From contig NZ_JBCNKH010000001.1 of NCBI RefSeq assembly GCF_039596135.1, positions 330,781 through 394,780 of the forward strand: a DNA stretch of 64,000 nucleotides, written 5' to 3'. Positions 18,277 through 28,963 of the stretch are shown here, one piece after another. This DNA is from Chitinophaga sp. (GTDB lineage: Bacteria; Bacteroidota; Bacteroidia; Chitinophagales; Chitinophagaceae). The translations under genes were made by a program, and so were the position numbers. The notes beneath the pieces are model-generated. The model searched no databases and had not been told where the DNA came from. It saw only the letters and a program-made list of their open reading frames with translations. Every line of letters starts with the position of its first letter. Positions within the stretch are counted from its first letter, which is position 1.

Positions 18277-21200
18277 ATGACAGCACCCGCAACTAACGAC
18301 GAAAAACATCACGGCCGGCCCTGGTGGCGTTGGCTTATATGGGGAATTGTTATCCTGCTGATCATACCGGTAATGGCTGTACTTGTATTGCAGCTGGAAT
18401 CTGTACAGGATTTCATCCGTCGGCAGGGAGAACAGTATCTCCGGAAAAAATTGCATACAACTGTTCGTATCGGCTATCTCCGTGTACGCGGATGGCAGTA
18501 CCTGGAACTCCGTAATGTATATGTAGCAGATACTTCTAACCAGGCATTGTTCTATTCTGGAAATCTGAAGGTCCGCTACAATTTGTTGGCTTTTCTCAAC
18601 AATGAACTGCGGGTGAACGGCCTTGAATGGGACTCCGTCACGGCCAACGTATACCGTAACCCCCAGGACACTGTTTTCAATTACCAGTTCATTGTAGACG
18701 CCTTTGTGACCAAAGACTCGATCCCAGACACAGTGAGCACAGAAACAGGAACTACACTTCAGTTCCTTATCAAAGATGTAACCCTGAAACATGTATCACT
18801 TCGCTATGCAGATGCGCCCGGAGGTATGACTGCCGTGGTCACCTTTCATGAACTCCATATAGACCCGGATGACCTGCTCGTCAACCAGGGATTGTACGCC
18901 GTTCGCGGATTGAAGATCGATGGGCTCAAAGGTTTCTTCAGGCAGGATTACCGGCCCAAAGTGCTGGCTGCAACGGCGCCACCACCAGCCAAAGATACTG
19001 CCAGCTCACCCTTCCATCTCATTCTCAAGAAATTAGAAATTGAAAATAGCTCCTTCCTCTACGCCGACCAGGGTAGTGGCCTCAGCACCGGTTGGAAAAT
19101 AGGCAAGTTACAACTCCTCAATTCCAGCATCGACCTGGATTCCACACTTATACAGGTAAGTGAACTGTCCATTAAGAATGCGGGAGGTATGCTCACCATG
19201 AATACCCCTAAAGATACTTCCACACCGGCAGATAGCTCTGCTCCCAATACCTGGAAGGTGCTGGCTACCAAAACAGAGCTGGAACACATCAACCTGCGAT
19301 ATGATAACAATACCGCACCTGCTCCAAGAGGCGCCGGTAAAAATGATCCCGACTATAACCACCTGTTCCTCAAAAACTTCGTTGCCCACGTGGGCAACAT
19401 TAGTTATAATCCAGACACCATCAGTGCCGTATTGCACAAACTGTCCGTTCAGGATAAATCAGGTTTTGGCATCAGACAGGGCCACTTCGATGTATTGTAT
19501 ACCCCAACTACTATCGCCCTGCACAACCTCCTGCTCGAAACAAACCGGAGTATTCTGCGTAAACAGATTGTACTGAACGCTCCTGACTGGTCTACCATCT
19601 CTGACAATCCTGATCTCTTACAACTCCAGGCCAACCTCGACTCTACCCACATCACCCTGGCTGAGTTTCTGCCTTTTGTACCGGACAGCCGTAAGAGCCC
19701 GTACATGAAACCCCTGTGGGACAAGGAAATCCTCCTGACGACTTCCCTCAAAGGCAGCCTGGGAAAACTGATGATCGAAACGCTCAATCTCACTGACAAT
19801 AAAGGCAATCGTATCAACGCCAAAGGGGAAGTTGGCCATGTGACAGATGTAGATCACTTGTACGCTAACCTGCCTTCGCTCTACATCCTTTCTGGTAATA
19901 AGGCACTCCGTTCATGGCTACCTCCGGGCACTATGCCGGATACCCCCAGACTGCCGGAGCAGATGATTATCACTGGCAGCTTTCTTGGTGGCATGAAAGA
20001 CATGCAGGCGAAGCTGGACCTAAAGAGTAATGCCGCCAATGCCAGTCTGACTGCTCACCTTATCAACATCACCGATAGTATCCATAGCAGTTATGACCTG
20101 AACCTTGCCTCCTTCCGCGTGCAGCCAGGTTATTTTCTCTATGATACGACCATCGGCTGGATCGGTGGCCGTATCGTGGCCTCGGGCAAGGGATATACCT
20201 TCCCGGGTATAGTTGCCAACGCAGATGCTCATATCAATGAAGCAACTTACAACAAGTATACCTACCACGATGTAACCGTCAAAGCCAATATTGACAACCA
20301 ACAGCTGCATGCCGAAGGCCAGAGTAACGATTCCAGTATCAATCTCACCTTCAATGCTGACGGTACCCTGAATGATACAACCCTTCAGTCTCTGAAAGCC
20401 AATGCCCGGATTATACGGGCAGACCTGTATACCACACACCTGTACAGCGATCCGTTTGAGCTGAAAGGAAATATGGATATGGATTTCAGCAGTCTTACCC
20501 CCAATCGACTGGATGGCAATGCTTTCCTGACTGGATGGCAACTGGCGACCAACGGCCAGGTCTTCGTATTGGATACTATCTCTTTATTAGCTGAATACAA
20601 AGACCAACAATACCTGAACCTTACCGGCCCTTTTGGTTTTATTAATGCTAATGGCAATATCGATTATACCAAAATTGGCGCTGCCTTTGGGCAGATTATC
20701 AACAAGCCATTGAGCCCTTATGATAGCGCCAGGCTGGTACAGGTGCCTGCTGGCCAGCTGTTATCATGGAATGCTTCTTTGACTTTTCCACGTAGCCTGC
20801 AGGCAATGGCGCCGACCTTGCGCATGGAATATCCATTACTCATAAATGGCCGTCTGAATTCTGACAGTAGCCTGCTGGTGCTCAATGCCGCTCTGCCTAA
20901 GCTGAGTTACGATTCTCTCTTACTGGATAGCCTGGCTATCAGCGCCAATATCGTAGATACCTCGCTCAGGGCACAGGTATCCCTGGCAGATATTCATCAT
21001 AAGGTTATGCCCCTGTATCATACCTCCCTGACCGCAGCTGCCACAGGGGGAAAAGTGAACTGGGACCTGCTGCTGGATGATGTAAAACGCCATCCGAAAT
21101 ATAAAGTAGGTGGCTTCGTGGAGTTCCTGCCGGACAGTGCCCTGGCACTTTCGCTAAAACCAGACCTGCTGCTGAACCGCCAGAAATGGCAGGTGGATGA

Positions 21201-23340
21201 GAACAACCGGATCCACATCCGCAATGGTGGCCCCGATACAGCACACATCCAGTTATCTTACAATGACCAGTCCATCACCATCCAGACAAGATCTGATAGT
21301 AGCAGTGCCAATGGCAAACTACCCACCCTTGAAACCAATATTAAGAACTTCAAGCTTTCTACCATTACCGCATTGCTGGCTGCCGACACCTTACTGGCCA
21401 ATGGCGTTCTGAATGCCCAGGCCACTGTGCGCAACCTGGATCAATCCCCGCTGATCAGTTCAAAACTCACCGTCGATAGCCTGACCTTCCGCGCTTCCAG
21501 CCTGGGTACGCTCACAGCAGAGGTGACCACGCCACAGGCAAACCAGTATGACCTGGATATGAGCCTCAAAGGTAATGACAACGACCTGCAGGTAAAAGGT
21601 ACCTACGACTCTACCATCAATGCCACTTTGGATATCAACCAGCTGAACATGAAATCGCTGGAGTCGTTCACCTTTGGCAATATGAGCCGCATGCATGGTA
21701 CCGCCGATGGCCACTTCACCATCACAGGTACTACCGACCAGCCGAAAGCAACCGGTAACCTGCACTTCAATGATGCGGGTGGTACTATTACCTACATAGG
21801 CGCCAGTATGACCATGCCTGATGAGAACATCATCCTGGATGAAAAAGGTGTACAGTTCAACAAATTTGTAATAGCAGACAGTTTACAGAATGAGCTGGTA
21901 CTCGATGGTCGTATCAACACAACAGACTACGCTAACTATAACTTCAACCTCAATATCAACGCAGACAACTTTATGATCCTGGGTAAGCAGGTAGACCCTC
22001 AGCAATTATATTATGGACCAGCCTTTGTAGATACCCGTATCAGGGTAAGGGGCAACCTGGATCTGCCAAGAGTAGATGCTTACGTGAAGCTGCGCGACAA
22101 ATCGAATGTAACCGTAACACTGCCTTCAGAAGAACCGGGTGTAGCCAACAGGGAAGGGGTAATCATATTCGTAGACAAAGACAATCCGCTGGATTCCTCG
22201 CTGGTGAAAAAGGTAGATAGCACCCGGCTGGAAAACCCAAGATTAAAAGGCATCAACTTCTCCGGCAATGCTGAGATCACACCCGAATCTATCATCCGCA
22301 TCATCATTGACCCGGTGAATGGAGACTTTGTAGAGGCGAAAGGTACGGCCAGCCTTAACGCTACCCTCGATGCCAGCAGCAAAATGAGTCTGACAGGCCG
22401 CTACGAAATCTCTGAAGGTAAGTACGAAATGTCCCTGAACCAGCTGATTAAACGCTCCTTCTCCATCGAAAAAGGAAGTGCCATTACATTCAGCGGAGAC
22501 GCTACTGATGCTGACCTGGACATCACTGCAAGGTATACCGTGAATGCAGAAGCTGCAGACCTGGTGCAGGATCAGCTGACCAGTCTCTCCCAGACAGACA
22601 GGAACAAGTACAAACAGAAATTGCCATTTTATGTATACCTCCATATCAAAGGCAACCTGATGAAACCAGATATCTCCTTTGAACTGGATATGCCTGAGGC
22701 AGAACAAAATGCATTTAGTGGTAGTGTATATAACCGTATCAAACAGATTAACCAGATTCCTTCTGAACTGAACAAACAGGTAATGGGTCTGCTGGTACTA
22801 AATAGTTTTATTCCTGAAGATCCCCTGGCCGGCGAGGGAAGCAGTGACTATGGCGTGAGCAATATGGCCCGTCAGAGTGTGAGCAAGATCCTTTCTCAAC
22901 AGCTGAACAACCTGGCAGGAAACCTGATCAAAGGTGTGGACCTCAATTTCGACCTGGAATCGAACGAAGATTATTCTACCGGTTCTGCGCAGCAAACCAC
23001 CAATCTGAAAGTAGGAGCTTCCAAGAGCTTGTTCAACGATCGCCTTTCTGTATCCATTGGTTCCAATGTGATGCTGGAAGGAGAATCGCAGGCGAATCCC
23101 AGCACCCTTGTAGGCGACGTATCAGTAGAATACAAACTGACTCGTGATGGCCGCTATCGTGTAAGGGTGTACCAGCGCCAGGATAATACCACCGTGATCG
23201 AAGGTCAGGTAGTAGAAACCGGCGTCGCCTTTGCATTAATTATGGACTATGACAATTTCCGCGAGATATTCCAGAAAGCGAAAAAAGATAAGAAATCGGA
23301 AAAACTCCGTAACCGGAAGAAAACCAGTACTAAGAAATAA
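18277..23340 (+). CDS. tamB: translocation and assembly module protein TamB-like (DUF490 C-terminus)
   Basis: 1687 aa. N-terminal TM anchor (WLIWGIVILLIIPVMAVLVL), a long beta-rich body and a TamB-like C-terminal region. The stop is 1 nt before the Omp85-family gene. Confidence 0.8.
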   Translation: MTAPATNDEKHHGRPWWRWLIWGIVILLIIPVMAVLVLQLESVQDFIRRQGEQYLRKKLHTTVRIGYLRVRGWQYLELRNVYVADTSNQALFYSGNLKVRYNLLAFLNNELRVNGLEWDSVTANVYRNPQDTVFNYQFIVDAFVTKDSIPDTVSTETGTTLQFLIKDVTLKHVSLRYADAPGGMTAVVTFHELHIDPDDLLVNQGLYAVRGLKIDGLKGFFRQDYRPKVLAATAPPPAKDTASSPFHLILKKLEIENSSFLYADQGSGLSTGWKIGKLQLLNSSIDLDSTLIQVSELSIKNAGGMLTMNTPKDTSTPADSSAPNTWKVLATKTELEHINLRYDNNTAPAPRGAGKNDPDYNHLFLKNFVAHVGNISYNPDTISAVLHKLSVQDKSGFGIRQGHFDVLYTPTTIALHNLLLETNRSILRKQIVLNAPDWSTISDNPDLLQLQANLDSTHITLAEFLPFVPDSRKSPYMKPLWDKEILLTTSLKGSLGKLMIETLNLTDNKGNRINAKGEVGHVTDVDHLYANLPSLYILSGNKALRSWLPPGTMPDTPRLPEQMIITGSFLGGMKDMQAKLDLKSNAANASLTAHLINITDSIHSSYDLNLASFRVQPGYFLYDTTIGWIGGRIVASGKGYTFPGIVANADAHINEATYNKYTYHDVTVKANIDNQQLHAEGQSNDSSINLTFNADGTLNDTTLQSLKANARIIRADLYTTHLYSDPFELKGNMDMDFSSLTPNRLDGNAFLTGWQLATNGQVFVLDTISLLAEYKDQQYLNLTGPFGFINANGNIDYTKIGAAFGQIINKPLSPYDSARLVQVPAGQLLSWNASLTFPRSLQAMAPTLRMEYPLLINGRLNSDSSLLVLNAALPKLSYDSLLLDSLAISANIVDTSLRAQVSLADIHHKVMPLYHTSLTAAATGGKVNWDLLLDDVKRHPKYKVGGFVEFLPDSALALSLKPDLLLNRQKWQVDENNRIHIRNGGPDTAHIQLSYNDQSITIQTRSDSSSANGKLPTLETNIKNFKLSTITALLAADTLLANGVLNAQATVRNLDQSPLISSKLTVDSLTFRASSLGTLTAEVTTPQANQYDLDMSLKGNDNDLQVKGTYDSTINATLDINQLNMKSLESFTFGNMSRMHGTADGHFTITGTTDQPKATGNLHFNDAGGTITYIGASMTMPDENIILDEKGVQFNKFVIADSLQNELVLDGRINTTDYANYNFNLNINADNFMILGKQVDPQQLYYGPAFVDTRIRVRGNLDLPRVDAYVKLRDKSNVTVTLPSEEPGVANREGVIIFVDKDNPLDSSLVKKVDSTRLENPRLKGINFSGNAEITPESIIRIIIDPVNGDFVEAKGTASLNATLDASSKMSLTGRYEISEGKYEMSLNQLIKRSFSIEKGSAITFSGDATDADLDITARYTVNAEAADLVQDQLTSLSQTDRNKYKQKLPFYVYLHIKGNLMKPDISFELDMPEAEQNAFSGSVYNRIKQINQIPSELNKQVMGLLVLNSFIPEDPLAGEGSSDYGVSNMARQSVSKILSQQLNNLAGNLIKGVDLNFDLESNEDYSTGSAQQTTNLKVGASKSLFNDRLSVSIGSNVMLEGESQANPSTLVGDVSVEYKLTRDGRYRVRVYQRQDNTTVIEGQVVETGVAFALIMDYDNFREIFQKAKKDKKSEKLRNRKKTSTKK

Positions 23341-23341
23341 G

Positions 23342-25639
23342 ATGGTTAAAAGCTATAGACATATAACATCCCCAATCCTGGCGGCATTGTTCGTTATGGG
23401 CTTTTATGCCTGTAGTACTACTAAGTCTGTACCCGAAGGCGATCGCCTGTATACCGGTACAAAAGTGAAGTGGGAGGGCAAAAAGCCCAGGGATTACAGT
23501 ACGCTAAGTGCCAGGCTGGAAAGCAGTGTAAGGCCAAAGCCGAACAAGAAATTCCTGGGGATGCCCATCCGGCTCTGGCTCTATAACTTAGGGAAGAAAC
23601 CAAAAGGCAAAGGTCTCAATTACCTGCTGCGCAATAAATGGGGAGAAGCTCCTGTACTGTTAAGCACTGTAAAAGCGGATTATACTGCCAATGTGCTGGA
23701 ACAATACATGGTAGACAATGGGTTCTTCCAGGCGCAGGTCACTTCGGAAATAAAAACTTCAGGAAGTAAAAAAGCGTCGGGGGTATATACCGTGACACCC
23801 AATCATCGTTACCGCATTAAGAGTGTAACTTACGAAACCGATAGTAGTGAGCTGGGTAAAGCCATTGCAGCAGCTTATAAAGGAACATCCCTGAAGATCA
23901 ATCGTCCTTACAGACTGGATAGTGTTAAAGCTGAAAGGGTGAGAATCAATAATATACTGAAAAACAAGGGCTACTATTACTTTACCGCCGATCACCTGCT
24001 GGTGGAAGTAGACAGTACCAACAATGGCATGGTAGATTTGTACCTGAAGGTGAAAGACGAAACGCCACCGCAGGCGAAACGGCCGTACACGATGAAGAAC
24101 ATCACGCTATACCCCGATTATTCACTGGACCAGGATTCGCTCGCCCGCAGGGGTACACCGGTGATATATAACGGTATCCGTATTATAGATTCCAGCAAAA
24201 AGTTCAGGCCGAGTGTATTTGACCGCATGGTGTTCCTGAAACCGGATAGTTTGTACAGGTTGCGTAATCATGACATTACCCTGCATCGCCTCACAGACCT
24301 TGGTACGTTCAAATTTGTGAAAGGACAGTTCCGGCAAGTGAGGGGAGACAGTACCCGGCTCAATGCCAGTTTCTTCCTCACACCGTATCCAAGACGCAGT
24401 TTATCTGCCGAATTGAGAGGTACTTCCAAATCCAACAACTTTGCTGGTTCTGAATTGAAAATCACTGCCAAGAACCGTAACTGGCTCCATTATGCAAATC
24501 TGCTGGAAATATCACTCTCTGGCGGCCTGGAATGGCAGGTAGGTGGTAAGGGTAATACCACTGCGGTAGGTGGCAACTCATATAACCTGAAGGCGGAAGC
24601 GGCGGTAACTATTCCCCGCTTCTACCAGCCATTCTGGAACCTGAATGTACACACCCCATATGTACCCCGCACCCGTATCAGTGTGAGTTACGAACTGTAT
24701 AGTCGCAGTCAGTTATACAACCTGAATGCTTACAACTTCCAGTTCCAGTACATCTGGCGCAAGACCCAGTACCTGGAACATAAGTGGGCCCCGGTATCCA
24801 TCACTTATGTACTGCCTACCAAAACGACAGCGGGGTATGACAGTATATTACGGAATGACCCGAGCCAGCGTGCAGCAATTGAGAAACAATTCATTCTGGG
24901 CGGCAATTACGACATTACCTACGATAATAAAGCGTCCAATAAGGTACATACCTTCTACATGAATGGCAACATTGATTACTCTGGTAACCTGGCAGGATTG
25001 ATCATTCCCAGAAATGATACTGGTATGAAGACCATTTTCGGTAGTCCATTTGCACAATTCATTCGTTTATCTGCCGATGTACGCCATTACTGGAAACTAA
25101 ACCGGGGACTGACCTGGGTGAATAGATTTTTTGCTGGTTATGGTATGCCTTATGGCAATTCTACAACCTTACCATTTGTGAAGCAATACTTCATTGGTGG
25201 TAGCAGCAGTTTGAGGGGGTTCCGCGCCAGAACCCTGGGTCCCGGAAGCTATCGTGACACCAGTAGTAAATACCTGGCTAATGAAGCGGGAGACGTGAAA
25301 CTGGAATATAATTCCGAAATACGTGCCCATCTTACCGGTATATTCAATGCTGCCGTGTTCCTGGATGCAGGTAATATCTGGTTAAAAAAAGAAGTACCTG
25401 AGAAACCGGGTAGTCAGTTCAGCACCGGCAAATTTATAAGTCAGATTGCGGTAGATGCAGGTGCAGGTTTGCGCGTGGATGCGTCTATTCTTGTGGTGCG
25501 ACTGGATCTGGCCTTCCCGTTGCGCAAACCATGGCTGCCGGAAGGAGAGCGATGGGTTATGAAAGATATCAAATTCGGAGATCCGGACTGGCGCAAGGAG
25601 AATCTGATACTGAACATTGCAATTGGTTATCCGTTTTAA
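23342..25639 (+). CDS. BamA/TamA (Omp85) family outer membrane protein
   Basis: 765 aa from ATG 23342. Lipoprotein-like signal (LFVMGFYAC). C-terminal surface-antigen barrel ending NIAIGYPF. The track start at 23249 overlaps tamB and was rejected. Confidence 0.8.
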   Translation: MVKSYRHITSPILAALFVMGFYACSTTKSVPEGDRLYTGTKVKWEGKKPRDYSTLSARLESSVRPKPNKKFLGMPIRLWLYNLGKKPKGKGLNYLLRNKWGEAPVLLSTVKADYTANVLEQYMVDNGFFQAQVTSEIKTSGSKKASGVYTVTPNHRYRIKSVTYETDSSELGKAIAAAYKGTSLKINRPYRLDSVKAERVRINNILKNKGYYYFTADHLLVEVDSTNNGMVDLYLKVKDETPPQAKRPYTMKNITLYPDYSLDQDSLARRGTPVIYNGIRIIDSSKKFRPSVFDRMVFLKPDSLYRLRNHDITLHRLTDLGTFKFVKGQFRQVRGDSTRLNASFFLTPYPRRSLSAELRGTSKSNNFAGSELKITAKNRNWLHYANLLEISLSGGLEWQVGGKGNTTAVGGNSYNLKAEAAVTIPRFYQPFWNLNVHTPYVPRTRISVSYELYSRSQLYNLNAYNFQFQYIWRKTQYLEHKWAPVSITYVLPTKTTAGYDSILRNDPSQRAAIEKQFILGGNYDITYDNKASNKVHTFYMNGNIDYSGNLAGLIIPRNDTGMKTIFGSPFAQFIRLSADVRHYWKLNRGLTWVNRFFAGYGMPYGNSTTLPFVKQYFIGGSSSLRGFRARTLGPGSYRDTSSKYLANEAGDVKLEYNSEIRAHLTGIFNAAVFLDAGNIWLKKEVPEKPGSQFSTGKFISQIAVDAGAGLRVDASILVVRLDLAFPLRKPWLPEGERWVMKDIKFGDPDWRKENLILNIAIGYPF

Positions 25640-25660
25640 TTATTGGTTTAACTTAGCGAT

Positions 25661-26044
25661 ATGCCTATGATTACAAAGAAACAGACCAGACGGATGTTCG
25701 TGCTGTGTAGCGCGATGCTTATTTTATTTTCATCCTGTAGCAGGAAAATTACTGAAAGTGGAAAAGCATCTTATTATGCTGATAAATTCGAGGGAAGGAA
25801 GACCGCCAGTGGCAGTATCTTTCATCAGAACAAAATGACTGCTGCACACCGTACCTTACCATTTGGTACCAAGGTAAAAGTGGTGAACATTGCCAATGGC
25901 CGCAAGGCAAAAGTGACCATCACAGATAGGGGACCATTTGCAGAAGGAAGGGTAATAGATGTATCAAGGAAAGCCGCAAAGAAACTGGGAATGATCAGTA
26001 CTGGCGTGGCGCCTGTAGAAATAAAATATAAAAAGAAGAAATAA
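25661..26044 (+). CDS. rlpA: septal ring lytic transglycosylase RlpA family lipoprotein (DPBB fold)
   Basis: 127 aa with a lipobox-like FSSCS. Motifs ASYYADKFEGRKTASG, AAHRTLPFGTKVKVVN and VTITDRGPF. Confidence 0.85.
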   Translation: MPMITKKQTRRMFVLCSAMLILFSSCSRKITESGKASYYADKFEGRKTASGSIFHQNKMTAAHRTLPFGTKVKVVNIANGRKAKVTITDRGPFAEGRVIDVSRKAAKKLGMISTGVAPVEIKYKKKK

Positions 26045-26046
26045 AA

Positions 26047-26098
26047 AATGTGGGCAGTAACAAAGAGGAATCCCTCCCGTACTGCCCACATTCTTTTT
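26047..26098. terminator. bidirectional hairpin between convergent rlpA and the DJ-1/PfpI gene
   Basis: 12-13-bp stem AATGTGGGCAGTA/TACTGCCCACATT with a 20-nt loop. A-run before and T-run after. Confidence 0.65.
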
Positions 26099-26108
26099 AC
26101 ATGCCTGC

Positions 26109-26660
26109 TTAGGCGTGAACACCTTCTCCAATCTCCTCCACCATTTTCCTGCAAAAAGCAGGCAGATCATGTGGGTTACGACTGGTAACCAGCCCATTAT
26201 CCACTACTACCTCCTCATCAACCCAGTTGGCACCAGCATTCACCAGGTCCGTTTTTAAAGAAGGATAGGAGGTGACCCTTCTACCTTTCAGTTCACCTGT
26301 TTCAATCAACGTCCACGGACCATGGCAGATAGCAGCTATTGGCTTGCTATCATCAAAAAAGCCGCTTACAAAGTTTACGGCCTCCTGATTTTCCCGTAAA
26401 TGATCAGGATTCATCACTCCGCCTGGCAATACCAGGGCATCGTAGTTTTTTGCATTGGCACCACTTACAGTCACGTTAACGGGATAGCTATTACCCCAGT
26501 TTTTTTCTGCCCATGCTTTTACTTCTCCATCATGGAGAGATACAACATCTACTTCCGCACCAGCATTTTTTAATGCTTCCATGGGTTTGGTAAATTCTAC
26601 TTCTTCAAAACCATCTGCCACCAGGATGGCCACTTTCTTATTACTGAGCTTGTTTTCCAT
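26109..26660 (-). CDS. DJ-1/PfpI family type 1 glutamine amidotransferase-like protein
   Basis: 183 aa with nucleophile elbow AAICHGPW. PfpI-like layout. Confidence 0.85.
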   Translation of the reverse strand: MENKLSNKKVAILVADGFEEVEFTKPMEALKNAGAEVDVVSLHDGEVKAWAEKNWGNSYPVNVTVSGANAKNYDALVLPGGVMNPDHLRENQEAVNFVSGFFDDSKPIAAICHGPWTLIETGELKGRRVTSYPSLKTDLVNAGANWVDEEVVVDNGLVTSRNPHDLPAFCRKMVEEIGEGVHA

Positions 26661-27175
26661 AATTCATGTTTTAAAAATGATGGTGTTTAAGTACTAATTA
26701 TGCCAATACAAAAACCCTTCCTTTTAGCTATCCGCTACCAGCCTGACTTCAAACGGATGATTTCCCCATTTGAGTTGTCCACATTTTTACTCACATGCAG
26801 GTATCGTTACTCATTTTTCTTACATTTTTGTAGTATTTATTCTATTTTTTTTGGAATTCTTATGACAGTATTGTTATTTGCAATACAATCAGTGTGACCA
26901 TATACCTTCTGAGAATGACGAGAAATACCATCACAACAAAATGGATGTGAGTGTCATGGGATGTGTTTGAAACTGACTTTTAATTTTTACCCAATCTTTA
27001 TTTGTAATTCCCTTTTTTGGTACTGACGTATTTGTTGTTCCGTAAATTTTACGGAAGCGGAAGTATTATATTACCTGGTCTCCATATCCTATCTTAATAA
27101 CCAATCTTTTGCTGCCGGTGGAACGTTCGCCGGCAGTACCTTTTACAAAGGAAAGGCACAACCATTATCTTTAGA

Positions 27176-27207
27176 AGCGCTTTGCTATATAGCAGAGCGC
27201 TTTTTTT
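27176..27207 (+). terminator. orphan intrinsic terminator immediately upstream of corA
   Basis: Stem AGCGCTTTGCT/AGCAGAGCGCT (one G-U pair) with loop ATAT, then TTTTTTT. No annotated upstream plus-strand gene. Confidence 0.6.
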
Positions 27208-27222
27208 GTTTACATTTATAAC

Positions 27223-28329
27223 ATGCGCAAGTCTAAGTCCATCATACCCATTCCCATTCCAGATGTACTGAACCCTTTCAAGGTAAGGAAGCAACGGATT
27301 ATGAACTATAACCCTGTGACAGGCCCTGCTTCACGCCCGCCGGGAAGATGTGAGAAAGTAACAATTTTTGATTATACGCCTGTTCATGTTACAGAGAGTT
27401 CCGGCGAAGACCATCGCATGATCTTCAAATATATTGATACACCCGAAACGACATGGATCAATGTAGATGGAATCAATAAGGAAACAGTGCATGAGATCTG
27501 TACTAAAATAGGCATTCACCTGCTGCTGGAAGAAGATATCATGAGTATCGGGCAGCGCGCTAAGATGGATGAGATAGGGGTACACCTGTTTGCCTTGCTG
27601 CCCATGGCGTATTACAATATAGAAGCAGCAGCGATAGAATATGAACAGGTAAGCATTGTAGTGGGAAAAAATTATGTCATTTCCTTCCAGGAGGAAGCCA
27701 CCAGAGACGTATTCGATCATGTAAGAGAAAAACTGCGAATAGATAATTCAAGAATCCGCAATGCAGGGGCGGATTATTTATGTTATACCCTACTGGATGT
27801 GATTGTGGATAGTTACTTCCTGATTCTTGATAAACTGGGTGACCGTATAGAACTGATGGAAGACCTGGTGCAGCACCAGCCGAATACCCGCACGCTGGCG
27901 CGGATCAACTACCTGCGCCGGGAGTTATTATTGTTTAAAAGAGCGATCTCCCCGGTACGGGACCTGATCAATGGATTTATGAAAAGCGAAAGTCCGCTGC
28001 TGGATGAGCGGACTATGAAATATTTTAAAGACGTGTATGACCATATCATACAGGCCAACGACCTGGCGGAGAACTACCGCGAGGCACTCCTGAATGTGCA
28101 GGAACAGTACCATACCCAGATTAACCTGAAGATGAATGAGATCATGAAGGTACTAGCGGTAGTGACCACCCTGATGGCGCCATTGACCCTGGTAGCAGGA
28201 ATTTACGGGATGAACTTTGAGTACATGCCAGAACTGCATACGCATAACGGGTATTATATTGTATTGGGCTCTATGACCTTCATGCTGGTGGGCATGATTA
28301 TCTTCTTCAGAAAAAGAGGGTGGTTCTGA
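27223..28329 (+). CDS. corA: magnesium/cobalt transporter CorA
   Basis: 368 aa. Two C-terminal TM helices with the YGMNF signature. Alternative start ATG 27301 (MNYNPVT) is possible because a terminator hairpin ends 16 nt before 27223. Confidence 0.88.
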   Translation: MRKSKSIIPIPIPDVLNPFKVRKQRIMNYNPVTGPASRPPGRCEKVTIFDYTPVHVTESSGEDHRMIFKYIDTPETTWINVDGINKETVHEICTKIGIHLLLEEDIMSIGQRAKMDEIGVHLFALLPMAYYNIEAAAIEYEQVSIVVGKNYVISFQEEATRDVFDHVREKLRIDNSRIRNAGADYLCYTLLDVIVDSYFLILDKLGDRIELMEDLVQHQPNTRTLARINYLRRELLLFKRAISPVRDLINGFMKSESPLLDERTMKYFKDVYDHIIQANDLAENYREALLNVQEQYHTQINLKMNEIMKVLAVVTTLMAPLTLVAGIYGMNFEYMPELHTHNGYYIVLGSMTFMLVGMIIFFRKRGWF

Positions 28330-28833
28330 TTATTTCTTTTTGAAGATGGGTACGGTAGAGCAGGGTTCTCCGTACATGATACTTTTTGCCACCGGGCGCA
28401 GCAGACGGGTGATTTCCACATAAGCAGCTTCACCTGCGCCTTTATCTCCACAACCTTTTACAACTACTCGTTTGTCTTCGTAGGCAGTCATGTCTATAGC
28501 ATTCAGGCGCTTCATGAACTGGGTTTTGAAGACTTCTTCTTTAGAACCAAAGGCAGCGTAGTGTGCAATAGGCTCCAGGTAGGTCATGACCAGCATGTAG
28601 GCCCAGAAGGGAATTACGGCATCTGCGGAGCAAATGATGGCGACATTCTTATTTTTATATTGTTCCCAGTCTAATCCTTGAAGGGCGGCACGGAAATCTT
28701 TTTCTTTCAGGATCATCTCCATGAAAAGATATTGTTTCAGGTCGAATACAACAGTTTCTTCCTGAGGATAGTAGTCTTCCAGATCTAATGTGAGGAGTCC
28801 ACTTTGCGCTACTTTGTTTACTATCTCTTCCAT
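28330..28833 (-). CDS. DUF2480 family protein
   Basis: 167 aa. The N-terminus MEEIVNKVAQSGLLTLDLEDYYP is typical of the Bacteroidota DUF2480 family (recall). Stop abuts the corA stop. Confidence 0.65.
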   Translation of the reverse strand: MEEIVNKVAQSGLLTLDLEDYYPQEETVVFDLKQYLFMEMILKEKDFRAALQGLDWEQYKNKNVAIICSADAVIPFWAYMLVMTYLEPIAHYAAFGSKEEVFKTQFMKRLNAIDMTAYEDKRVVVKGCGDKGAGEAAYVEITRLLRPVAKSIMYGEPCSTVPIFKKK

Positions 28834-28906
28834 GAATCAAATTTACTAAAATAATCGCGATGCAAAGTTTCGACCCCGGCAGAGCCGGAATCGAAACTTT
28901 GTCCAA

Positions 28907-28937
28907 ATAAAAAGCCCCCGGTAAATTACCGGGGGCT
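28907..28937 (-). terminator. intrinsic terminator after the PpiD-like gene
   Basis: Stem AGCCCCCGGTA/TACCGGGGGCT. T-run on the minus strand. Confidence 0.8.
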
Positions 28938-28963
28938 TAATATCTATCAGTTATTACTATTCC

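Noticed and set aside
18250-18792. 180-aa minus-strand ORF overlapping the tamB start
   Set aside because: It is antisense to the well-supported tamB N-terminus (TM anchor) and has no family signature.
23249-23341. Longer start for the Omp85-family gene, overlapping tamB by 92 nt
   Set aside because: The extension is a basic low-complexity peptide read from the tamB 3' end. ATG 23342 gives a proper lipoprotein-type signal sequence 1 nt after the tamB stop.
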